From contig MU058718.1 in NCBI GenBank assembly GCA_013265495.1, positions 3,672,081 to 3,736,080 of the forward strand: a DNA stretch of 64,000 nucleotides, in the 5' to 3' direction. Of this stretch, positions 13,473-23,480 are shown in pieces. A model generated the notes under the pieces. The model saw only the letters and a program-made list of their open reading frames with translations, had not been told where the DNA came from and made no database searches. The position numbers and the translations under genes are program-made. This stretch comes from Vicugna vicugna. Its lineage: Eukaryota. Each line of letters opens with the position of its first letter. The stretch's first letter is position 1.

Positions 13473-13618
13473 GAATTGGCAGACTTGACTGGAAAAAGTT
13501 TTTTTTATAACAGAACAAAACACAAGTACTGAATAAAAACTTTCCTTATGTTTGCTTTTTGTTTTTCCTGGCTGGGTGGTTATTTATTAGCACTTCTTTC
13601 TCTTACACTTGTTTTTAG

Positions 13619-13768
13619 GTCCGTCAACTGGAGTCCAACCTTCTTCCTCCTAAGCACCAAAAACATCTGAACTCATCAGGTACTGTGAAGCCCACAGAGC
13701 AGGAGAAGTTGAGCTTAAAGAGAGAGTGTGAACAGTTTCAGAAGGAACGATCTCCTACTACTAGGAAA
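13619..13768 (+). CDS. NIN: NIN coding exon (approx. exon 27): VRQLESNLLPPKHQKHL...KERSPTTRK
   Basis: tttag|GTC...AAA|gtgagt; 150 nt. Confidence 0.95.
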
Positions 13769-14074
13769 GTGAGTTTTTGCGAGTTTATACCAGTGTCTTT
13801 GTTCTGACTATGATGCGTCCCTAAGTGTATGTTGCTTCCCCTGCATGCTTCCAAGGAAATGATTACAATGGCATACTCTGGTTCTTCCTTATATCTGTGC
13901 TTTTGTAATCTTGTCAAAACAGTAGCATAGTTCTTTTTGACTGGGTGATCACTGAAAAGGAGTAATTTAAGTTTTCATAGAGAGGATGGTAATCATCTTC
14001 ATTAATATCACAAGCCTTTACAAGTTAGTAAAACATATATATACCCTCAATATTAGGAATATCTTAATATGGTT

Positions 14075-14582
14075 TATATTAGTTATCTATTGCTCTGTAA
14101 CAAACTAAAACAGCAAAAATTTATTGTCTCAGTTTCTGTGGGTCAAGAATTTGGAAGCAGCTTAACTGAGTGGTTCTGGCTCAGGATTTCTCAGGTCTGA
14201 GGTTGCAGTCCAGATATCAGATGAGGCTGCATTTACCTGAAGGCTTCACCAGAACCAGAGGATCCACTTTCACGTTCATTCGTATCACTGTTAGGAGGAG
14301 GCTTCTGTTCCTTGCTGGCTGATTGCCAGAGGCTCAGCTCCTCACCACCTGGGCCTTACCTCAGAATGTGGCAATGAGTGATATGAGAGTGATCCCAAAA
14401 GACCAAGATGGAAGCTGTAGTGTGTTTTATAAGCTAATCCCAGAAGTGACACACCATTATTTCTGCTCTATTCTGTTGGTCACACAGACTAACTCTGGTG
14501 TAGTGTGGGAGGGGATATTGCAAGGCTGTGAATACCAGGAGATAGGAATCACCGGGGACCATCTTGGAGGTTGGCTACCATG
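14075..14582 (-). mobile_element. MLT1-type MaLR LTR
   Basis: tattagttatctattgctctgtaacaaac...tctcagtttctgtgggtcaagaatttggaagcagctta...ggaggttggctacca. Confidence 0.8.
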
Positions 14583-14724
14583 TGGTTAAACCTCTGTAGC
14601 ACCACTCAGTTTGCTTTCTATTCTTTGTTCTAACTTAGAGTTCTAGACCAATGTTACTCTGGGAGTTCTTGTTTGTTACTTTTCTTTCTTTCTTTTTCTA
14701 AACTAAAACTCAGAGTTTTCACCA

Positions 14725-15154
14725 CAGGCATACCTTGGAGGTATTGCGGGTTCAGTTCCAGACCACCACAATAAAGTGAGTCACAGAACAGTTATATTTC
14801 CACTATGCTGTAGTCTATTAAGTGTGTAACAGCATTATGTCTAAAAAAAACAACATAAATACTTTAAAAAAATCTTTATTGCTGAAAAAATACTAACAAC
14901 CATCATCTTCAGCAAGCTGTAGTAGTGACATCAAAGATCACAGAACACCATAACAAATATAATAATTAAAAAGTTTGATATATTGCAAGAATTATGAAGT
15001 GTGGCACAGAGACACAAAGTGAGCAGATGCTGTTGGAAAAGCGGCACCAGTAGACGTGTTCCACACAGGGTTGCCACAAACTTTCAGTTTGTAAAAAAAC
15101 TCCCTATCTGTGAGGCTCAGTAAAAGCCAAGTGCAATAAAACAAGGTATGCCTA
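14725..15154 (-). mobile_element. Internally deleted Tigger1-derived element (TcMar)
   Basis: Terminal inverted repeats CAGGCATACC (14725) and GGTATGCCT (15145); both recalled Tigger1 ends are present. Confidence 0.85.
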
Positions 15155-15563
15155 TGTTTCCTTCCTCTTCTGAAAATTATTGTTTGTTTAAAAATCTGGG
15201 AAGAATGATGAACAGTCATTTACTTTCATTATAAAATTTTCATAAATTTTTTTTAAGTTTGTGAGAGTTATGACCATTGTCAGTAAAGCCACCTGCCTTA
15301 AGGAACCTATTCTATGTGAGGAGTGGTGATTAAAAAGTAAATCAACTATACTTCAATTTTTTTTTAAACATAAAAAACTAGACTACTTAAATGTAATCAA
15401 GGCACTGAATTATACTGTATGCTGTTTTCCCTCGATGAATGAACTCAGTTTTCTTTCATGAGTTGAGATTTCTGACTAGTGTAAATTTGTCAAAATAAAG
15501 TAGAGCAACTCAGGTGTTTTTTTTTTTTTCTTAAGGGTTTGTTGTTGTTGTTGTTTTTAACAG

Positions 15564-15665
15564 GTTAGTCAGATGAATTCCCTTGAACGAGAATTTGAAA
15601 CAATTCATTTGGAAAATGAAGGCCTGAAAAAGAAACAAGTAAAACTGGATGAGCAGCTAATGGAG
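15564..15665 (+). CDS. NIN: NIN coding exon (approx. exon 28): VSQMNSLEREFETIHLENEGLKKKQVKLDEQLME
   Basis: aacag|GTT...GAG|gtacgt; 102 nt. Confidence 0.93.
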
Positions 15666-17194
15666 GTACGTTTTTTAAGCAAATGGCCCTAGCTATGAAG
15701 AATATTTTAATCCATGAATGAGCCATTTGTTGAGATAAACTAGCATAGTGTTAGATTCCTATTATGAAAACAATGAAAATCTAAGTGTACTGCCAAGATG
15801 GATTCTTTGGTCTGTCTTACCAAGTTTGACAGATATTTTTGCTAATTACACAGTCATAGGAATACATACTGTTTCACCAAGGAAGGAATAATGTTGATTA
15901 TCCTAAAATGCAAGGACCTGCACTTCAACAAATTCAAGTGGCAAAGACTCAGTCCAATACTGACCAAGAGGCTGAGAGCTCTCGCTCTATTGCTGTAGTT
16001 GTAATAATTTTCCTGATACCTCCCATAATGTCATGTTTTATAGATATGATTGCACTCTAACAACCTGCTTAGTTAGGAAATGCATGCAGGGAATTAAGAG
16101 CATTAGCATTTAGAGGTTTAATTTTCAAGTGTTGCCATTGTTCACAACTACATTTGTAACTCAGCGCCGCCTTGTGAGAGGGACATCTGTTAAATATGAA
16201 AATGGATTTGTAAAACTTGGCAGCTTGGACACTGAGTTTCCTGTCTAATAGACTGCTTTCTGAATACTGAGTTACAAATATATGATATAAAACAACCTAT
16301 GTTAAATCCTCCTTATTAAGTAAAAATTTCATTGAGTTACTTGGCTTTGGGTAGATCAAAATATTAACCCAACATTTAGTGACCTGTAAAATTTATATAA
16401 GGTAGAGAGGCATGGGTAGAAAATGTCTTTTTGTGTTCTTAAAAAGTATTATGTATACAGATATTTTTAAACCAGAATTATAGGAGGGAAATGAGATATT
16501 TAAATACTTTCTTTTATGAAGCTGGAAACATGCAAAGGTAAGTTTCAGTAGATGCTTAGTTTTAAATATGAAATATGGGCAAACACATCACATTGACATT
16601 TAAATGTCAGTTTTATGTTCTCTGATTTATCCGTTAATAGGGAGATTAGTGGAACTATAAAGAATGAAATCCAAACTATTTTTTTCTTTCTCTGACAGCA
16701 TATAATAAATGTGTTCAAAACCTTGAGCTGCAGGCTGTGTTTAGATGTAGATATGCTTTTCTGATAAAATAATTATATGCTCTAATGAATAAAATATCTG
16801 AAGCTAAGTGTGACATGTCTGGTACCAAAGTAACAAGTAGCAGGGTGTACTTAAGCACTGTTAGAGCCTCTCCACGTGCTCTGCCAACAGGCCAGTTCTT
16901 CTTCCACCTGCTCTCTGGCCTCAGAAGCCACCTTCTCTCCAGGTCCTACTCTAACATTATTAGTCATCAAAAACAATTTCCCCTCATGACCTTTCTCCAT
17001 GATCTAGGAGTAAATACTTAATAATGGATGAGAGAAATTGAGTGTTTTTGGCACTGGAGCTGAATAACTAAAGAAAAAGCATGAGTTTTCAATTGGAACA
17101 CTGAAAAGAACATCTCATACACTATTCTAACAAAACTTTCATCAGGAAATAAGACTGAGCTATTAACTCTGTACAGACATACAAATTCTATTCT

Positions 17195-17480
17195 TTAGCA
17201 GCTTTATTAAATGTAATTCACATACTACACAGGTCACCTGTTTAAAGTGTCTAATTCAGTGAGTGTGGGTATATAACATTATCTTTTTAAATTGTGGTAA
17301 GTATAAACATAAAAATGGTTAAAATGGCAAATTTTGTGAGGTGGCATTCAGTGGCACTAATTACATTTATAATGTTCCACAACCATCACCACTGCTTCTA
17401 AAATTTTTTCATTATCCCAAATAGAGACTCTAACCATTAAGCAGTAACTCTCCATTTCCTCCTTCCCACTAGCTCTACAA
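17195..17480 (-). mobile_element. Old L1 3' UTR fragment(s)
   Basis: agctttattaaatgtaattcacatac...caaccatcacc...aaccattaagcagtaactctccatt. Confidence 0.65.
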
Positions 17481-18396
17481 ATTGCATTTTTATGTCATGG
17501 TATCTATAGCTTAGGCCAAATTTGGCGATGAACAATGGTTTTCACATTGTTTTTTGTGTCCAACTCACCTAAGGGATAGGTACCTTCCTCTTGCTCTGGG
17601 ATGGATTCTCAGCAGGTTCAGGGGAGGGGCAGTAGGCAGGCAGAGAGATGCTCCTACAGCAGAATCTTTGGGATCAAGGAATTTAGGAAAAACTTTCTAC
17701 GTGATTCTGATCTGATGTATTCATTCCTTGGGGGGAAGGGGTTTCTCCTTGTCCCTGTGTGCCAGTTTAAAAGTCACTGATGTAATATAATACTCCTACC
17801 ACAGTGTAATTAAAGATACTGAATCACTAGACAAGGAAATGGAAGAATTTGACTCCCACTCCAGGATTTTTTTCAACTCTATGAGGAAATGTTCTATAAA
17901 CAATTCATTTTGAACACTCCAAAAAAAAAAAGGGGGTTATAGACTATCAGCAGTTCTCAAAGTCTGTTGTGTACCTCTGATAGCCAACAGTTCAGACGCT
18001 TGAACAACAAAAATGTTTTATAGCTTATATTCTGCATTTCCAAATGGCAAGGTTTGTTTAACATCAGATCCATTCCATACTGGACTTGGAATCTTCTGAA
18101 TAATTATACTGGGATGGGCAGAGGCAAAGGTAGCAAGTTCAAAAACCAACTAAATTGCAATAGGTGAGAAAGTGGCTGCAGAATTGGAGCTATAAGATAT
18201 TTTAGTATCTGTAAAATTTATATACAGAGAAATGTAAATGTTGGTCCTTTATGAGTGCCTACTGACTAGAGCACATTGTTCAGGTATATAATATTGAACT
18301 GTTCTTTCTCTTTATAACTCGAACTTTTCTTCCTCTTTTGTAACTCCTGTAATTTTCTTTTGTTTTTTGTTTTATCTGTGGCTAACCTGTACCTAG

Positions 18397-18457
18397 AACT
18401 CTGTGGTTGGAACTAGCAGAGAAGGGTGCAGTTCTCTGCCTGAGATAGTGTGTGAAG
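18397..18457 (+). CDS. NIN: NIN alternative 61-nt cassette exon (neuronal, frameshifting): NSVVGTSREGCSSLPEIVCE
   Basis: ~75-nt pyrimidine tract, branch-like CTAAC at 18382-18386, acctag| acceptor, AAG|gtagaa donor. Exactly 61 nt and open in frame with the preceding exon, matching the size and position of the neuron-included Ninein exon known from mouse. Confidence 0.85.
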
Positions 18458-19684
18458 GTAGAACAATCTCTTTCAATGAATTTCATAGCATGCCAACACC
18501 TCATTAAACTCCTTGTTCATGTAGTCATTTCTACTGACTGTAACAGTTAATAAAAACTTAAGGTAAGAGCCAATATTCATTTTCATTTTGCTTCAACTGT
18601 GGAATGTCTCTGTTTACATTTATATCAGGATTTTCCTCAGTATTTAAAAATGTGTGAAGAAAATCATCCCACTGATATAAAGTCAAGGGATCATAATTCT
18701 TCATATTATTTATTCTTGAAAATAAAGTGGTGGGTTTTCTGAATCTCTAAATAGAAATATTTCAAAATGGGTAACACCCCACCTCAGAAAGAAATTCAGA
18801 TATAAGGAAATGAATAGTGGCTCTGAAGTTTCATGGTAACATTTTAATTGTAGTTGTGTCCTAGAGAGCCTTTTCCCCTTCTCACAAGCCTGGGGGTACT
18901 TCTTCTTGACTTTGGTACTTGGTCAAGTTTGTTGCATGACTTCCATTGAGCCGTCTGTCTGCTGAATGTGTTGACAGCTGGGAAGTGGCATGCTGCACCA
19001 GCCAAATGTAGCGCATTCTCCTCCTTTCCCTCGCCCCAACTTTGATTGGCATGTGATACACATACCATTTCCTCACTGTCTTGAACAAATACTTTTATCC
19101 CATGTACTTCAAAGCCCAGATGTTCTAGGGTATCACATTATAGCCTAGAATTGCCTGTATGATAAACTAAGGTAGGCTAAAATAATTTTAGGTATGAGAT
19201 CCTTCAAAAAAAAATGCTAACTTGGAAAAAATGTAGCCATTGAATATTTGCTTATGAGAATCTTTAAGAATGATAAGTAAAGTGGCAAAACCCTAAAGCA
19301 TAACCACTTTCTCCCCTTAGCCTATTCCAACCTGTTTTTTAAAAAAAATTTTAAGAGAGGCATAATTAAATGTTCTAGTGTAAGGAAAAAAATGAAGTAG
19401 AATTCAGACATATGTACATCGTGTACCTCATGTCCTTATGGTCACTCATGAGTGAGGAAGTACAATTTTTTAAGTCTAAAGCTTTTAAGAAGGCCTGCTT
19501 ATTCATTAAATATATTGCCTCCTAAACAAAATGATTCTTTATTCTTACTCAGGATCACGTGCTGTCCTGTTTTCAAGTTATTTAATGAATTCATAGTCTT
19601 CCTTACTCTCTGCTTGCCACCTTAGAGGGCAGCTCTGTGGTTGAAGGTACTGCAGCTGATCAGGCCTTTGCCCTTACCCTCCAG

Positions 19685-19885
19685 ATGCAGCGCCTGAGGT
19701 CCACTGCGATGCTTAGCCCATCCCCTCATGCTCGGGATCTGCCGCTGCTCCAGCAGCAAGTCTGTCCGATGGTTCCCAGGGAGCAGTTTCTGCAGCTTCA
19801 ACACCAGCTGCTGCAGGCAGAAAGGATAAACCAATGTCTGCAGGAGGAACTTGAAAACAGGACTTCTGATACCAACACACCACAG
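19685..19885 (+). CDS. NIN: NIN coding exon: MQRLRSTAMLSPSPHARDLPLLQQQVCPMVPREQFLQLQ...NRTSDTNTPQ
   Basis: tccag|ATG...CAG|gtatga; 201 nt; lies inside track ORF 19637..19891. Confidence 0.95.
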
Positions 19886-21478
19886 GTATGAGGATCTTTC
19901 TCTAATAGTATACTCAGATCACCTAGTTTAATTTTACCTGTTTGTTTGAAAGTTATACCAGTTCAAACGTGGGGATGAAGAAGCGAAGTCTTCTCTCTAG
20001 ACTTTTACACCTTGCCTGTATTACAAATCCACAGAACTGCAGTGCTGCTCTGGTTTTGGTGTCTTCAGTGCTGCTTTTGAGCTCTCAGCCTCTGTGCTGT
20101 GTAATTAAGTGTTCTGGGTCTCCTTTGCACATTTGTAATTGATGATGAAGTATCAGGATCACTTGAGCTCTGCACACTTGACCTAACACTCTTGTCTGAT
20201 GCCAAAAACATTATAGAATTCAAGTGCAGCTCTAGGCTATGTATTACTAACAAAGCATCCTGGGTTTTCCTGTACTAGAGAGAGTGCAGCCTGCTGAGTT
20301 CCATGGAATGCATAAATGGGGACTTTTCACAACTAACAAAGTAGAATGTGTGATTAGTGACTTTTTTAGTTGACATAGTTTATTTAACTTAATTTTTAAT
20401 GCTCTAACTTGAAAAACTTTTTTAAAGAAAATATTTTCCCCTTCCCTTAGAATTAGCGTCATCCCAGCTCACTACCAGACACAATCTTTTATTACCAAGG
20501 TTTTCGAAGTTATTTCTCTGTAGTGTTTCATTCATGATCCTCCTTTTTCAAGTCTCAACTCTTTAGTCTTGCCCATTTAGTCTATTCAGAATTAGAAATA
20601 AAATAAAAAATACTCCTTAGTTTGTAGAATTCTAAAATAATTCGTTCTAGTTTGGCTATTCTTTTTTCAAATACCTTGCCTCTCAGCAGACATTTGACAA
20701 GGAATTTCTCAACTCTTTCTGTAAACCCCTCAAAGTGGCTTTGCCAAGTCACATTAGCACCATAATTGTATACTGGAGCAATTCTGTTTTCTTCTCCTTT
20801 TAATATATCTATGCTTTTGCATGATGTACTTCTGTCTTCTTTCTAACAGAGGTTTAAAATCCATGTTTTTGGAAGCTTCCTATATTTCAATTCAATTTCC
20901 AAATACTGAAATTTAATCAGGAGTTGTGATGGTGGGTATTAGATGCTTCAAGTCTTCCTTACAGAACTGAATTATAAACCTGACCTCAGTTTTTAACGGA
21001 ATATTAAACCAAATGTTTAGGCTAAGATCCTGCACACTGCTTTCTCGTCTGCACTGTTTTCAAAGTGTGCTCTTCCCACACCACCCACCGATGTTTCAAA
21101 GTAAAAAATAGCCTTTTACTCTAATTACTTCAGGATTTGATAGATAAAAACTGGCAAGACTTTTATGCTAAAAAAAAAAATTCCTCCAGTGAGATGGCAG
21201 GGTGGACTGCTTATTGCTCTCACTAGACCACAGCAGGCTCTCCTGATTCCGGTAACTAAGCTGACACTAATTTTAAGAATATGGAACATTATTAGAATCT
21301 GTATGTTGTCTGTGTGTGATTTGATTTCCTCTGCCTTTGTGTTCCTTCGCTTGTGTATGTAGTATTGATGTGTGCTTTTAAAAATTGTTTGCATTATAAA
21401 TGTGTGAATTTAGACTCCCCCCTAAAAAACATAATCTTGACATCAGGGTGAAGTGTACCACTTGCCTTCTTTCTCTAG

Positions 21479-21541
21479 GCCTTGCTACCGGAGCAGCGAG
21501 CGGTGCATGCAGATTCCTACAGAAGGATTGGGCACCTGTGA
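21479..21541 (+). CDS. NIN: NIN alternative last exon, coding part: ALLPEQRAVHADSYRRIGHL*
   Basis: Acceptor ttctttctctag|GCC in phase 0; peptide matches a recalled ninein isoform C-terminus; no donor needed because a polyA signal follows. Confidence 0.88.
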   Translation, partial: ALLPEQRAVHADSYRRIGHL

Positions 21542-21982
21542 AAACTGGGCTGTTATTGATGGCATTTCTTACCATGGCAGACACTCAAATGCACACACTC
21601 ATGCACACCACACAAACACAGAGCCATAAGCTGAGAAATATTTTGGAATCAAGTGATCTTTTAAGTTTATTGTTGTTGTTGTTGTTGTTATTATTATTAT
21701 TATGCCTTTGCAGTATTATGTTTCTTATTTATGTAGAAATGAGATTCTGTGAATCAAATTCACGAATTTCAGTTTGTTATAATTATTTATACCATTTAAA
21801 GAGTGTGGATTTGAGATTCTTGAAAGGATGTAGTCTATATATTTTCTCATTCCATATGTTGTAACTATTTTTAACAAATTATTACTTTTATATATGGAAT
21901 TTGAAGAAAATCAGGGTTATTTATACTGTTTTATATAAGATGTATAATACTTTTTTGACAGGAAAAAGGAAATTTTTGATGA

Positions 21983-21993
21983 AATAAAATAAA
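21983..21993 (+). terminator. Tandem AATAAA polyadenylation signal of the ALLPEQ last exon
   Basis: Overlapping AATAAA at 21983-21988 and 21988-21993, followed by a U/GU-rich downstream element (22009-22090). Confidence 0.7.
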
Positions 21994-23285
21994 TTTTAAA
22001 TATGACTGCTTTTGTTTTTCCTTTCTCTACTCTCTTGCCATGCCCTGTGTTCTTTGAATTGTCTGTTATTTTTTGTTTTGCCTTTTTTTTAAGGCAACTG
22101 GAAATTGGGCATTTTCCATTTATGTTTGAACTTTAAAAAGCCATTATATCTTTTAAAACGTAGAATTTTTAGATGTTCTGGAGGCCTGTTTCTTGAAATT
22201 TACTTTGTGCATTAATCTTCTGCTTACTACAATTTTTGTCTTCAAATTAGTTGCACAGTTTAGTTTCTTTTATGTCTGAATAAATGCTATTATTTAATAT
22301 CCAAACAAATGTTAGCTTTTAACTTACATTTGATCATTCTATGTGCTTATTTAAAGGACACCTTTTTGAAAGTATTTTTAAGGACAGGTTATGCCATCAG
22401 CCATTAACACCTGAGTTTTGCTTAAACATTTGAAGAACATTTTAAAATCTGAAATTCCTTATATGAACATTTTGGTGGACTGGGAGAAGGGGCATTCAGT
22501 CCCACTCTAAATCTTCTTCTAGGTCCCTCTGCTCTCCAAAACCCACAAACTCCTTAATCTAGCACTGCTGTGTGAGGGGAGAAGGACAAGCTGTTTTTTG
22601 TTTTTTCCCTCTATTTTATCTAGGAGTTGTTTATGGGGAGAAGATTTTCAGTTTTAAATCTATTCCAATGATAAACCCATCCTTCAATCCAGATATTTGC
22701 TTCAATTGACAAGTCAATTTGGGAAACTCATAACTAGAATAACTAGCAGGAAGAGGCTCATTATTATGAAGAATAAATTATTAACACCCTCACAGTAATC
22801 AGCAATTTCAAAGGAAAAAGACACACACTGCTACTGATTAAAAATGTTAGGTGATCCTGAATAAACTTAATTTTTGTTTACTTTGTTGTTGAAAGGCCCA
22901 CAGTATTGCAAATACCCAAATCACAGATGAAAGGTTGACAACCATTTTTTAATTAACTTTTGATAATACCTGTTTTACTATAAGAAGTACACATAGGTCT
23001 TAAATTATGGGTTTTAAGAATTTTGCTTTATCTCAGGGGAAGATAGTAACACAGGTAAGATTTTTTTTTTAAATTTTTGATTCTTTCTCTGATAGGGTTA
23101 CTATTCTCACACGTGCAACCCATGCAGTGTTCAGAACTTCCATTTCATCAGAAATCCACCCTTCCTGTTACAAAGGCAAACATTTGCTGTCCTTTCTCTA
23201 GGCATCTTGTGGGGAAAATTATCTACTAGTGTTTTTGTGTGCGATAATTTTCAAATGAGAATATACTTTTCTTTCTTTCCTTCAG

Positions 23286-23399
23286 GAAAACCAGGAACAC
23301 CTGGTAACTGTCATGGAGGAACGAATGATGGAAGTTGAACAGAAGTTGAAGCTGGTGAAAAGACTTCTTCAGGAGAAAGTGAATCAGCTCAAAGAACAA
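23286..23399 (+). CDS. NIN: NIN penultimate coding exon: ENQEHLVTVMEERMMEVEQKLKLVKRLLQEKVNQLKEQ
   Basis: ttcag|GAA...CAA|gtgaga; 114 nt. Confidence 0.95.
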
Positions 23400-23480
23400 G
23401 TGAGACTCCCAGGTCATCTCTACCCACCCACCTCACATTCCAGTTTTAACTCCAGTTTTACATTCCTTTATTGCTATTAA
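23400..23480 (+). CDS. NIN: NIN alternative C-terminus by read-through of the donor: VRLPGHLYPPTSHSSFNSSFTFLYCY*
   Basis: Frame stays open past the donor to TAA 23478-23480; closely resembles the recalled human isoform ending VSLPGHLCSPTSHSSFNSSFTSLYCH. Confidence 0.75.
   Translation: MRLPGHLYPPTSHSSFNSSFTFLYCY

Noticed and set aside
20163..20236. Imperfect hairpin (cacttga/tcaagtg with bulged extension) considered as a miRNA or snoRNA
   Set aside because: The stem is too short and bulged with a ~38-nt loop, and there are no C/D or H/ACA boxes.
21400..21864. 154-aa ORF with poly-Leu
   Set aside because: It is a different frame over the ALLPEQ last exon and its UTR; the poly-Leu comes from a (TTG)n(TTA)n repeat at ~21670-21703.
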